Below are positions 43,484-53,418 of a DNA stretch of 64,000 nt, one piece after another. The stretch lies in NCBI GenBank assembly GCA_048939995.1, contig JBHLOY010000011.1, positions 75,151-139,150 of the forward strand, given 5' to 3'. Position 1 is the first letter of the stretch. Each line of letters opens with the position of its first letter. Both the position numbers and the translations under genes were made by a program. The stretch is from Promethearchaeota archaeon. Its GTDB lineage: Archaea; Asgardarchaeota; Lokiarchaeia; Sigyniarchaeales; SOKP01. The notes under the pieces were generated by a model, which was not told the origin of the DNA, made no database searches, and saw nothing but the letters and a program-made list of their open reading frames with translations.

Positions 43484-43615
43484 AACCTAATATCAACCCA
43501 TATAAAATATGGTATATATAGTAAATATAGTACGATCTAAGTTTAAACTTTCTATAAAAAAATATTAGATTAATAAAATAAGCTTATTATAAATTTTTTT
43601 ACTTTCAGTCCTAAT

Positions 43616-44539
43616 TTAAAATTTATTCGAATTGTTAAGGGGATGCATCATCGAATAAGACTGTTTCAATTTTGTGATATCATTTTTAGCATAGATACGG
43701 GTTGTATTCGGAGAACTGTGGCCTAAAATATCCTGTAGTTCACTAATATCCATACCAGAGCGCCTAAGATGGGTTGCGCCAGTGTGTCTAAAAACATGCG
43801 GGGTGATTGCTTTTGAATCTGGAAAACCACATCTTCCTTTTATAATTTTGATATCTGATTGTACAACTCGAGGGCTTAACTTCTTCCCCCAGGTGTTTAC
43901 CAATAGATAATCCTCAGAATCATACGAAATGCGATTTCTGAGATTTTCTTTGAACAATTCCAAAGTTTTTTTATCTACTGGGACGATACGTTCTTTATTT
44001 CCTTTTCCCCTTAATTTTAGATAACCCTTCTCGAAATCGATATCCTTTATTTGTATATTACATAATTCACTAACTCTTGCCATTGTTGAATATAATAATC
44101 TAACGATCAAATAATATCTTTGACTTTTCTTAGAGCTAAAAAGTCTTCTGTCTTTCAATTTTTTAAAAATTTCCTCAATATCAGAGACTTTTAGAAACTT
44201 CGGAAGACTTTCTTCAAGCTTTATTTTTGGAGAATGTATCTTTGTCATTGGATTCTTTTCAATATATTCATTTAATGATAAAAACTTAAAGAAGGACCTT
44301 AAACAGGCAATTTTTCTCCCAATTCCCTTTTTTGTATATCCCATATCTTTTAATTTTTTCAGAAATAATCTTACTCTCTGTGGCATAACCGGAGAATCTA
44401 TTTCAATATCTCCTGTTAATTCAATAAATTTTTCAAGATCATAATGATAAGCTCTAATAGTTGATTGTGTACATCCCTCTTCAACTTCTTTTGAGATTAA
44501 AAAATCACTAATGAAATCGGAAAATTTGTAATTTGCCAT
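43616..44539 (-). CDS. xerA: XerA/XerC-D family tyrosine recombinase
   Basis: TIRAY..DL, LRSFFKFL, STMARVSEL, GKGNKER.VP, TPHVFRHT.AT, LGHSS..TT.IY. Confidence 0.85.
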   Translation of the reverse strand: MANYKFSDFISDFLISKEVEEGCTQSTIRAYHYDLEKFIELTGDIEIDSPVMPQRVRLFLKKLKDMGYTKKGIGRKIACLRSFFKFLSLNEYIEKNPMTKIHSPKIKLEESLPKFLKVSDIEEIFKKLKDRRLFSSKKSQRYYLIVRLLYSTMARVSELCNIQIKDIDFEKGYLKLRGKGNKERIVPVDKKTLELFKENLRNRISYDSEDYLLVNTWGKKLSPRVVQSDIKIIKGRCGFPDSKAITPHVFRHTGATHLRRSGMDISELQDILGHSSPNTTRIYAKNDITKLKQSYSMMHPLNNSNKF

Positions 44540-44544
44540 AATAA

Positions 44545-44572
44545 TTTCAATATGATCGGGATATTACAAAAT
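44545..44572 (+). promoter_or_regulatory. dif-like 28-bp site immediately upstream of xerA
   Basis: TTTCAATATGA-TCGGGA-TATTACAAAAT; 21/28 identical to the reverse complement of 47077-47104, including an exact 14-bp core. Confidence 0.4.
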
Positions 44573-44703
44573 ACAGAGTAATATCTAGGTGACACTAAAA
44601 ATGTATATAATGAGCAGAAATAAATTTTCTTACCTTTCTTCTTTCTGATATTCCAACTTAAGGAAAGTTTTAATTTATTTTTTTTCTCTAAAATAAGAAA
44701 CTA

Positions 44704-45645
44704 TTAACCCTTTTTTAATTGACGTAAAAATTTACAAGCATTGATTCCTGCACGTGCTCCTTCTGCTGCAGCAAAAACTACTTGAAATAGACCACCCGTG
44801 ACATCTCCAGCAGCATATACACCCTTTACATGAGTTTGTTGATTATCATCAATTTTTACATTCCCCTTCTCATCTAATTCAATTCCAGCTTTTTTGAAAA
44901 TTGAATTAGAAGGAACATGAGATAATATAAATAAACAATCTAATTCGATTTCTTTGATATCCTCTTCACCTATTTCTTCCTTATTAATAGGTTTGACAGT
45001 TATTTTTTGGATTATGCCATCTGAATCGGATATAGCTTCTATGATCTCTGTATTATCAAGAATGTCTATTTTACTTTGTTTGACTTCTTCCACTTTTTCT
45101 GGTAACTCCCCTACTCCTAAATTGGTAATAATATGTACTTTACATCCCATTTGCTTAAGGATTAAAGCATCTTCCAGCATTTCAGCATCACTCCCATACA
45201 AGTACACTTCTCTATCTTTATATAAAGGGCCATCACATAAAGCACAATAAGAAATTCCAAAACCTATCAACGAGCTCTCCCCTTTAATTATCTCTTTCCT
45301 CTTTCCTGTTCCTGTAGCAATAATAACAGCATCAGAAGTAATATTTGCTGTTCGGGTTGAAATCATATTAGCTCCCATTCCAATCATTAACGAGATGACA
45401 TCACCTTCAATAATCCTTACATGATCAAAACTCTCTGCATGGCTCTTGAACTTTTTAAGTAAATCACTCCCAGAAGTATCTCTTTCACCTATCCAATTTT
45501 GAATTTCTTTTGCTTTAACTAATGCAGAGGGTTCTTTTCCTTCTAGAATTATCGTGTCTCTATTTGCTCGACCGCAATAAACACCAGCAGTTAAACCAGC
45601 AGGGCCAGCTCCAATTATTAGTACTTCGCATTTGTATTCATCCAT
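44704..45645 (-). CDS. trxB: Thioredoxin reductase
   Basis: IIGAGPAGLTA, IIATG, GISYCALCDG, GVYAAGDVTG. Confidence 0.88.
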   Translation of the reverse strand: MDEYKCEVLIIGAGPAGLTAGVYCGRANRDTIILEGKEPSALVKAKEIQNWIGERDTSGSDLLKKFKSHAESFDHVRIIEGDVISLMIGMGANMISTRTANITSDAVIIATGTGKRKEIIKGESSLIGFGISYCALCDGPLYKDREVYLYGSDAEMLEDALILKQMGCKVHIITNLGVGELPEKVEEVKQSKIDILDNTEIIEAISDSDGIIQKITVKPINKEEIGEEDIKEIELDCLFILSHVPSNSIFKKAGIELDEKGNVKIDDNQQTHVKGVYAAGDVTGGLFQVVFAAAEGARAGINACKFLRQLKKG

Positions 45646-45871
45646 CAGAACTAACCTTGTAACTATCTTATATAATTAATGATTTATTGACCTTCTTAAA
45701 TTTTTTTACCTTTTTAAATTTAAATTAAAAAATATGATTCAAAATTAAAAAATACGACTTTACTATTTAGTATTATTTGATTAATCAATTATTACCACAC
45801 ATTTTTATAGATGATTGTATAGGTATATTGTAAAAATCTAATAAAAAAGATCAAATAATTGGTGAATTATA

Positions 45872-46537
45872 TTGGAAATGAAGAAAGTATTAAAGATAAT
45901 CACAATAATTGGAGTCATTTTAATCGTTTTAGGTCCTATTTTAGGATTTGCATTAAATAAAGTTACGATAGTTTCTCGAGGTCCAGAAAACCCAATAGTA
46001 ATACCTGAGACTAGTACAACATCTATTCGCGATGCTTTTGCTCAAGACATAACAATTACAAAAAATCAAAAAATGATTATTGAATTTTCGCTTTTTTATC
46101 CAAATGTCTCAGCAACTTTAATAATTCTAGGAAAAGGTACTTTTGATTACTATTTTGCATTAGATAGCGCTCCACCTGGTTCTGGGTTAACTTTTATTTA
46201 TTCACAATTTACTTGGGGGGAATATGTTCCAAATACAGTAGTACCTGCTAATTCACGTTCAATAAGTAATGAAGGATATTGGTATATAGAATTTGCAGGT
46301 GGAGTTTCTGGAATAAGTCTTATTTCAAGGCCAGGAATTTACGTTGTTGTTATATATGGGGTTAATACAGGACCCCCAGCTTATACAAATGTCATGTTCG
46401 ATCTAAATGTTAAAGTTGATGGTCCGGGAGGATTTTTAAACACGCTATTTTTAACTATTGGTATAATTCTTCTTGCTGTTGCCGCTATATTACTTTCTTA
46501 TAGTTATCTTAATAAACTACGGAGGGGAATTGATTAA
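45872..46537 (+). CDS. Hypothetical membrane protein (N- and C-terminal TM helices, extracellular beta domain)
   Basis: Hydropathy pattern; translationally coupled to the next gene (TAATG). Confidence 0.65.
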   Translation: MEMKKVLKIITIIGVILIVLGPILGFALNKVTIVSRGPENPIVIPETSTTSIRDAFAQDITITKNQKMIIEFSLFYPNVSATLIILGKGTFDYYFALDSAPPGSGLTFIYSQFTWGEYVPNTVVPANSRSISNEGYWYIEFAGGVSGISLISRPGIYVVVIYGVNTGPPAYTNVMFDLNVKVDGPGGFLNTLFLTIGIILLAVAAILLSYSYLNKLRRGID

Positions 46538-47013
46538 TGGGAGAAGTGAGAAAGAAACCGAGTCGATTAATCGATAATATTCCGTTATTGGACAAAAGGA
46601 AAGCAATGAAATTTATTATTTATGGGTTAATTGCAGCAATTTTGTTTGGTTTAATTATGATGATTAGTAGATCAATTGCTCAAAATGCCTCCTCTTGGGA
46701 AGCATTAGCGAATCAAGAGAATGACATAAGCTATTGGAATGGTGAATATGGTTATAATGACTATCTCCACAGACAAGAAGAAATTGACAGAATACGGTAT
46801 TGGATGGAATTTCAAGATTTAATCTTTGTGAATATAGCTCGAGTTGGAGTCAATATCGCATTGGTCTTTATGCTTATTGGTTTCTTAAGCTTGGGTGTTT
46901 CTGAGAACATTGATGAAAGAGCAAGGCGAATTTATTTGATTATTTCAGGTTTAATCTTATTTGTAATAATGTTTACGACGTTTTTCGCATCGATTAGCAT
47001 TTCAGTGTCATAA
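46537..47013 (+). CDS. Hypothetical 3-TM membrane protein
   Basis: Three hydrophobic segments; GGAGG Shine-Dalgarno upstream; overlapping stop/start. Confidence 0.65.
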   Translation: MGEVRKKPSRLIDNIPLLDKRKAMKFIIYGLIAAILFGLIMMISRSIAQNASSWEALANQENDISYWNGEYGYNDYLHRQEEIDRIRYWMEFQDLIFVNIARVGVNIALVFMLIGFLSLGVSENIDERARRIYLIISGLILFVIMFTTFFASISISVS

Positions 47014-47076
47014 ACTAAATCTAAATTCTTTTTTATTTTTTTATTTTAGAATTCGTAAAACGTATGTTTCACGTTC

Positions 47077-47104
47077 TTTAGATAATATCCCGATCACATT
47101 TAGA
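47077..47104 (-). promoter_or_regulatory. Candidate chromosomal dif site (11-6-11)
   Basis: Reverse complement reads TCTAAATGTGA-TCGGGA-TATTATCTAAA. It resembles the Thermococcales-type dif as I recall it (TCGG spacer start, right arm ending TATCTAAA) and lies 2.5 kb from xerA. Confidence 0.45.
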
Positions 47105-47195
47105 TATTTTAAAGGTATAATCTCCAAGATATCTAATTCATAACAATTTAACTTATCAAGGTGTTAGATTTATTAATGAATTAATCTGGACTTCA

Positions 47196-47342
47196 ATGAA
47201 ACCTACTATTGAGGCTATTTTTGATAAAATACAAAGCTGCTTAGAGCAGTGGACCGATGATACCAAAGAATTACAAGCTAGTATTATTGAAGATTATGCT
47301 AAGTTAATTCATGAGATGTTAAGATACGCTGAAACCTTATAA
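47196..47342 (+). CDS. Small helical ORF (48 aa), possibly a gene remnant
   Basis: MKPTIEAIFDKIQSCLEQWTDDTKELQASIIEDYAKLIHEMLRYAETL*; coding-like composition in an AT-rich gap. Confidence 0.3.
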   Translation: MKPTIEAIFDKIQSCLEQWTDDTKELQASIIEDYAKLIHEMLRYAETL

Positions 47343-47616
47343 AGCCATCAGAAGTTTTATTTGAAATTAAACATCCAACTTTATATCTATTTTTAATTAG
47401 TTTTTATATCTTAAGGATCCATAAAGAATTTTAAAAATTTTTTTTTAATTTTTAAAATGAGAGATATACAATCTTGTCTAACTATGTAGTAACAAATAAT
47501 AAGGCTCTAAGGTTTTTTAAAATAAATTGAAATTTTAAAATTGTAATCGATTTACTCTTAATTCATAACAATATCTCCATCTAAACTATATCTAAAATTA
47601 TGAGAGTACTTTAAAA

Positions 47617-50121
47617 ATGAGTGAAATTAATGAAAATTTAGGAAAACAAGAAAAATTGCAGAGATTTAAGATAGCTGAACCACATGATTTATCAAAACGC
47701 TCAAAATGGTTAAGAGATTACTATTTTAAAGGCGCTGAAAGAGAATGGAATAACCAGTGGATGACTTTTACGACAGGTACAGACTGGGATATAATTTGGA
47801 ATGAAGGAGACTATTATATCGTCCCAGAAGTCCATACTTTTATAGGAAATAAAGGTAAAGGTGTTTTTGCAAGCTCTTTTCGATCTATGGCTGTGTCAGT
47901 TAAATTACCTGAAAATTTCTGGGGATTATCCCTACCAGAACGAAGAATAGCTTTTTTTGAGAAAGTAGTGTTAGATTATATACCTCAAGAGATTATATCT
48001 GAAAATGATTTAATTGGAGGTGGTAGATTTAATACACAATTAAGCAAGTGTCTCAATAAAAATGAAGCTAATAAGTTTTGGAAAATGAATTTAAAAGTTC
48101 GTAGAAAATTATTTAAATTTAATAAATCAGGTTTTGGAAATTTAGGTGCAACAGGTGGACATATCATTCCTGACTATGAGACTATTCTTAATAAAGGATT
48201 CAAATATATACATAAAAAAGCAGAAGAGAACTACCAAAAATTAAGTATAAAGGAAAAGAAAGGATCGAAAGGACAAGAATTAAGAGCTATGATAATGGCT
48301 GCTGAGATTCCAAGAAAATTGGCTAAAAAATACGCTGAAGAATGCAGGAGGCTAAAAGAAAAGACCTCCTCTCATGAGAGAGCAGAAGAACTTGAACAAA
48401 TGGCTCATAATTTGGAAAGAGTCCCATGGGAACCTTCAGAAACCTTCTGGCAAGGCGTTCAATCAATTTGGCTCACTCATATGCTAATTATGGCTGAAGA
48501 ATCATATCCTGGACCAGGAACTTCTTTTGGTCGAATAGACCAGCATTTATGGCATCTATATAAAAAAGATGTAATTGATGAGAAAACAATTACGAAAGAA
48601 TTTGCCAAAGATATTTTAGGGAGTTTTTGGTTTCATTCTAACACTGCTTACGATGCTATGATTAAAGTAGGAAACCAAGGAATAACTTCGGGTTATGGGC
48701 AATTAATTACTTTATCCGGTTGTGGTCCTAATGGTGAAGATTTAACTAATGAATTGACTTATACTATTTTAGAAGTTATTGATGAGTGGCATCCAATCTT
48801 AGAGCCAAAACCAAATATACGGCTTCATAGAAATTCCCCTGAAAACTTATTAAACAGAATAATTGATATAATTTCAGGATCGCAAGGAGCTCCTTTTTTA
48901 ATAAATTTTGATGAAAAAAGTATAGCTGGAATGGTTACTGAAGGGATACCGAAGCAAGATGCTTGGAATTATGCATGTGTTGGATGTTTAGAAAATACAA
49001 TGCAAGGAAATGATAGATCGGGAACGGTTAATTGTAATCCTAATTTAACAAAAAGTATGGAACTGACTCTTTGGAATGGAAAAAACATGCCAGGTAATTT
49101 CATTAAGCCTTGGACGAAAGATGGAGAACAATTGGGACCAAAATCAGGAGAACCAAAAAATTTCAAATCTTGGGATGAGTTTTGGGATGCTTGGAAAGAA
49201 CAAATCAAATTTATTATAAAATTTATGGTAGAAATAAACAACATGACTGAAGAACTCAGAGGCAAATACATGCCAACACCATTTTTATCAACATTTGTGC
49301 AAGGTTGTATTGAAAAAGGTTTGGATGTAAGAAATGGAGGTCCTGAATTAAGTTATGTAACCGTAAATGGTGTAGGATTTGCAACTACAGTGGATTCATT
49401 ACTAGCAATTAAAAAGTTAGTATTTGAAGATAAAAAATATTCAATTGAGGAAATTAAAGAAGCCTTAATTAACGATTTCGAAGGAGAAAAATATGTTGTA
49501 ATGCAAACTATATTAAAAAATAAAGCTCCAAAATATGGATGTGATAATGAAATATCGGATGAATTAGCAAGAAAAGTGATGAAAACGTGGGGAGATGAAA
49601 CCTGGAAATATAAGACGCCTACCAATTTTCAATATCGACCAGGTATGTTATCATGGAATTATTGGGCAGGAGCAGCAGCTCAATTTACAATAGCTACACC
49701 AGATGGGCGTAAAAGAGGTACTTATCTCTCAAACGCAATGTGCCCAACTGATGGAGTTGATAATGGACCTACGGCGGTTACAAATTCAGTTGGGATTGCT
49801 TTAGGCGGAAAAACAGAAGGAGGCGAGTTTATTAATTATTTACCAAGTGGCTCAAGTCATACTATAACTTTTAATCCAAGTATATTAAGAGATCCTGAGC
49901 ATAAAGAAAAATTTAAATCATATTTAAGGGGTTATGATGAAAATGGGGGTACTTGTTTGCAAATAAATATGTTAGATGCAAATATGTTGAGAGATGCGCA
50001 AAAACACCCTGAAAATTATAAAAATCTATTAGTAAGGATAACTGGTTATAATGCTTACTTTACAGCTATCGGAAAAGAACTACAAGATGAGATTATCGCT
50101 CGTGAATCTCATAGAATGTAA
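47617..50121 (+). CDS. Glycyl radical enzyme (PFL2/PflD-like, substrate unknown)
   Basis: SFGRIDQ, active-site loop ACVGCLE, ATPDGRK.G..LS, C-terminal LLVRITGYNAYF (glycyl radical Gly). Confidence 0.9.
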   Translation: MSEINENLGKQEKLQRFKIAEPHDLSKRSKWLRDYYFKGAEREWNNQWMTFTTGTDWDIIWNEGDYYIVPEVHTFIGNKGKGVFASSFRSMAVSVKLPENFWGLSLPERRIAFFEKVVLDYIPQEIISENDLIGGGRFNTQLSKCLNKNEANKFWKMNLKVRRKLFKFNKSGFGNLGATGGHIIPDYETILNKGFKYIHKKAEENYQKLSIKEKKGSKGQELRAMIMAAEIPRKLAKKYAEECRRLKEKTSSHERAEELEQMAHNLERVPWEPSETFWQGVQSIWLTHMLIMAEESYPGPGTSFGRIDQHLWHLYKKDVIDEKTITKEFAKDILGSFWFHSNTAYDAMIKVGNQGITSGYGQLITLSGCGPNGEDLTNELTYTILEVIDEWHPILEPKPNIRLHRNSPENLLNRIIDIISGSQGAPFLINFDEKSIAGMVTEGIPKQDAWNYACVGCLENTMQGNDRSGTVNCNPNLTKSMELTLWNGKNMPGNFIKPWTKDGEQLGPKSGEPKNFKSWDEFWDAWKEQIKFIIKFMVEINNMTEELRGKYMPTPFLSTFVQGCIEKGLDVRNGGPELSYVTVNGVGFATTVDSLLAIKKLVFEDKKYSIEEIKEALINDFEGEKYVVMQTILKNKAPKYGCDNEISDELARKVMKTWGDETWKYKTPTNFQYRPGMLSWNYWAGAAAQFTIATPDGRKRGTYLSNAMCPTDGVDNGPTAVTNSVGIALGGKTEGGEFINYLPSGSSHTITFNPSILRDPEHKEKFKSYLRGYDENGGTCLQINMLDANMLRDAQKHPENYKNLLVRITGYNAYFTAIGKELQDEIIARESHRM

Positions 50122-50163
50122 ATTTTATATTTCTTCTTAAATTTTTTTAAGTGTGAAATTTGT

Positions 50164-51108
50164 ATGATTGATGCGGATAAGGGATTGATCTTTGAAATTC
50201 AAAAAATGTCAACTGAAGATGGACCTGGTATCCGAACTACAGTTTTTTTTAAGCAATGTCCTTTAAGATGTATATGGTGTCATAATCCAGAATCAATCTT
50301 GAGAAAACCTCAATTAGAATGGCTTAAACATAAGTGTATTGAATGTAGGACATGTATAGAAGTATGTCAGCAAAAAGCTCTTTCTTTCTTTGAAGAAGGG
50401 CTAAATATAGACAGAGATTTATGTACTAGCTGTGGTGATTGTGCTAATGAGTGTCCTAGTACTGCTTTACATATGTATGGGGAATTTTGGGATTTAGATA
50501 GTTTATTTCATGAAATACAAAAGGATAAAGTGTATTATACTACATCAAAAGGAGGCATTACTTTATCCGGTGGTGAACCCACAATTCAATCGGAGTTCAT
50601 TTTAAAACTTCTGAAAATGTGTAAGGAAAAAGGAATTTCAACTGCATTAGATACATGTGGCTATGCCCCTAGAAAGAATTATGAGAAAATATTACCTTAT
50701 GTTGATTTAATTCTTTTGGATATAAAAGAAATTGATTCAGAAAAACATAAGAATTTCACAGGAGTATCAAACGATTTGATTTTAGAAAATGCAATTTGGA
50801 TATCGCAGTATATTGATACGAATAATAAAAAAATGTGGATACGCACACCTATCATTCCAAATTATACTGCTACTGAAGAAAACATAAAAGGCATAGGAGA
50901 GTTTATAGTAAATAAATTAAATAATATTCCCGATCGTTGGGATTTACTTGCTTTTAATAATTTATGTACAGCAAAATACCAAAGATTAGATATAGATTGG
51001 CCCTTAAAAAATTATAACCTCCTCAGAAAGGAGGAGATTGAATACCTATATAATTTAGCAAAGGATATTGGTGTGAAAAATGTACGATGGTCGGGTTTAA
51101 TTGAATAA
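50164..51108 (+). CDS. Glycyl-radical enzyme activating radical SAM protein with ferredoxin insert
   Basis: DGPGIRTTVFFKQCPLRCIWCHNPES, two CxxCxxCxxxC motifs, GGITLSGGEP, DTCG. Confidence 0.92.
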   Translation: MIDADKGLIFEIQKMSTEDGPGIRTTVFFKQCPLRCIWCHNPESILRKPQLEWLKHKCIECRTCIEVCQQKALSFFEEGLNIDRDLCTSCGDCANECPSTALHMYGEFWDLDSLFHEIQKDKVYYTTSKGGITLSGGEPTIQSEFILKLLKMCKEKGISTALDTCGYAPRKNYEKILPYVDLILLDIKEIDSEKHKNFTGVSNDLILENAIWISQYIDTNNKKMWIRTPIIPNYTATEENIKGIGEFIVNKLNNIPDRWDLLAFNNLCTAKYQRLDIDWPLKNYNLLRKEEIEYLYNLAKDIGVKNVRWSGLIE

Positions 51109-51192
51109 GAAGAAAATTCAAATGAAACATAATTAAGTAAATTTTTTAAAAATTAAGATAGAATTAATAATATAAAAAAATTTTGATTAAAG

Positions 51193-52077
51193 ATGGGAAA
51201 GAAAAAAGGAATACCAAATTGGTCTTCTGAAATCTCAGAAGAAGGTATAGAATTTACTCAATCTGAGATAATGTTAAAACTTGTTTCATCTATAGATGAG
51301 AGAGGTTTGCCTCATATTACGATGATTTCAAGTAATCGGGCTAAAAATGAAAGCCAAATCGTATGGGGTGCTTTTACAGAAGGAACAAGCAAAAAAAACG
51401 TGAAAAAAAATCCAAAACAAGGTATTTTCTATATGACTGCTGAGATGCCATTTAAATTTCTTCAAGCCAAAGTAGAATTTTCTCACACCTCGAAAGAAGG
51501 AGAAGATTTAGAACATTTTAATAAAACTGAATTAATGCGGTATAATGTTTATATACGAGTTCACACAGCTTATTATAACAAGATAATAGCTGTGACTCCT
51601 GTGAGAAATTTGCCTTTAAGCGGTATAATTTTAGGAATCTTGAAAGACATGATAGGAAAAGGTGGTGCGAAAACTAAACTTGAAGAAAAAAGATTAGATG
51701 TGATTGGATATAATCTTTTTAGAGCCCCAATTGCAGTTAGAGTAATTTCTTATATAGACCCCTCTGATGGATATCCTGTTATGATACCATGTATTCAACT
51801 TCAAGCAGCCGACCATAATAGATTGGTTTTTCCACCATCAATTTTAAAGCAGGATTTGTATCAAATACCAGTTAATTCTAAAGTTGCTGTTTTTGGGATG
51901 AATTTTGATTTTGCTAATCAAGTTGTAAAAGGTACATTTACAGGTTTCAAGAAATTCCGAGGAATTAAATTTGGTATTATAGAAATCGAAGAAATTTATA
52001 ATAGCTGTCCACCAATAGTGGGTAAGATTTATCCTGAAATAGAAACAATACCAAAAGTCACAGAATTTAATCTCTAA
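51193..52077 (+). CDS. Tandem pyridoxamine 5'-phosphate oxidase-like (split-barrel FMN-binding) protein
   Basis: KLVSSIDERGLPHIT...KNVKKNP, and second repeat ISYIDPSDGYP. Confidence 0.6.
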   Translation: MGKKKGIPNWSSEISEEGIEFTQSEIMLKLVSSIDERGLPHITMISSNRAKNESQIVWGAFTEGTSKKNVKKNPKQGIFYMTAEMPFKFLQAKVEFSHTSKEGEDLEHFNKTELMRYNVYIRVHTAYYNKIIAVTPVRNLPLSGIILGILKDMIGKGGAKTKLEEKRLDVIGYNLFRAPIAVRVISYIDPSDGYPVMIPCIQLQAADHNRLVFPPSILKQDLYQIPVNSKVAVFGMNFDFANQVVKGTFTGFKKFRGIKFGIIEIEEIYNSCPPIVGKIYPEIETIPKVTEFNL

Positions 52078-52211
52078 TTTTATAATCTATATGACATTCT
52101 ATTTTATATTTTGAAGCCTAGAATTGAAAACCTTATTTTAAATTTTAATTTTTCCTAATTATAAAATATTAATTAAACCATAAGTTTTTTGACATAATCG
52201 GGGAATTATTA

Positions 52212-52343
52212 ATGAGTGAAAAAATGAACGTTTTGTTTATCATCACTGATCAGCAAAGAGCTGATATGTTAGGGTGTTATGGGAATAAAGTTATTAAAAC
52301 TCCTAATTTAGACAGACTTCCCAAGAGACAAGGAGCCACGTAA
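52212..52343 (+). pseudogene. Truncated sulfatase N-terminal fragment (43 codons)
   Basis: [36 protein letters not shown] matches the arylsulfatase N-terminus, then stops before the catalytic CxPxR motif. Confidence 0.75.
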
Positions 52344-52394
52344 GTGAGGATGGAAATTATCTTTTCTGGAATGAAAGAATTGAGTAAGTAAATA

Positions 52395-53285
52395 ATGATA
52401 TGGAAAACACACATTACCCATATGTTGGGAATTAAATACCCATTAATAATGGGGGCATTTGGTGGATGGGGTAAATCTGATTTTGCTTCAGCATTTTCAA
52501 ATGCTGGAGGTTTAGGAGTCATTGCTGCTTTAAACTTTCCGGATCTAGATAACTTTAAAAATGATATAGAAAAAATGCGAATGCTTACAGATAAACCATT
52601 TGCTATAAATCTTTCATTGCCACACCATAAATTTGAAGAAACTGAGGAAGATAAGAAAACGAAAAAAAGGTATCTAAAGTATGTTGAAATGGCACTTAAT
52701 CAAGATTGTAAAATTTTTACAACTTCTGGCTATAAAGCAGACTTCATTGGACGAAGAGTTCATGAATCTGGTGCCTATTGGTTTCACAAATGTGTATTAG
52801 TGAGACATGCTCTTTCAGCTGAAAAGCAAGGTGCTGATGCAGTAACAATGGTAGGGTTAGAAGGCACAGGCTTTAAGAATCCTCTCTCTCACAGTACATT
52901 AATAAACATAACCATGGCAAAAAGGTTACTGAATATTCCCCTCATTGCCGCAGGCGGGATAGGGGATGCAAGGGGCTTTTTAGCAGCTTTGGCAATGGGT
53001 GCTGATGCTGTCTGCTTTGGAACGGCATTAATGGCATCTGACGAATGTCCTGTCTCTCAAAATGTAAAAGAAAAATGGATTAATCGTGATATATTTAGTG
53101 AAGATTTCTATCAAAGTATTTATCATTACAATCTCAAGAACTTTATGGCACCCTCAACTGCTATAGGTCATCGAAGAGTGATTCTCTCCATTAAGTCTAT
53201 AGTAGAAGAAATTATTATAGGCTCTGAGAAAATTCTTAATTCTTGGGGTTTTAATAACGATGAATTTAACAAGATTTCTGATTAA
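52395..53285 (+). CDS. Nitronate monooxygenase / FabK-like flavoprotein
   Basis: LGIKYPLIMG, SNAGGLG, TDKPFAIN, GADAV, IPLIAAGGIGDARG..AALAMGADAV.FGT. Confidence 0.85.
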   Translation: MIWKTHITHMLGIKYPLIMGAFGGWGKSDFASAFSNAGGLGVIAALNFPDLDNFKNDIEKMRMLTDKPFAINLSLPHHKFEETEEDKKTKKRYLKYVEMALNQDCKIFTTSGYKADFIGRRVHESGAYWFHKCVLVRHALSAEKQGADAVTMVGLEGTGFKNPLSHSTLINITMAKRLLNIPLIAAGGIGDARGFLAALAMGADAVCFGTALMASDECPVSQNVKEKWINRDIFSEDFYQSIYHYNLKNFMAPSTAIGHRRVILSIKSIVEEIIIGSEKILNSWGFNNDEFNKISD

Positions 53286-53418
53286 ATTCACTAATGATTA
53301 TAATTTAAATAATAGAGATTTTTTCCTTAAGTTTTAATTTAATATTTAATAATAATCTAAATATTAATTATATTCTTATCAAAAAAAGTTTACAAAAAAG
53401 CAAAAAAGTGTAAATATC

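Noticed and set aside
42190-43615. Replication origin (ORB repeats) next to cdc6
   Set aside because: Flanking intergenic regions are short (about 100-130 bp) and I found no repeated ORB or G-string motif.
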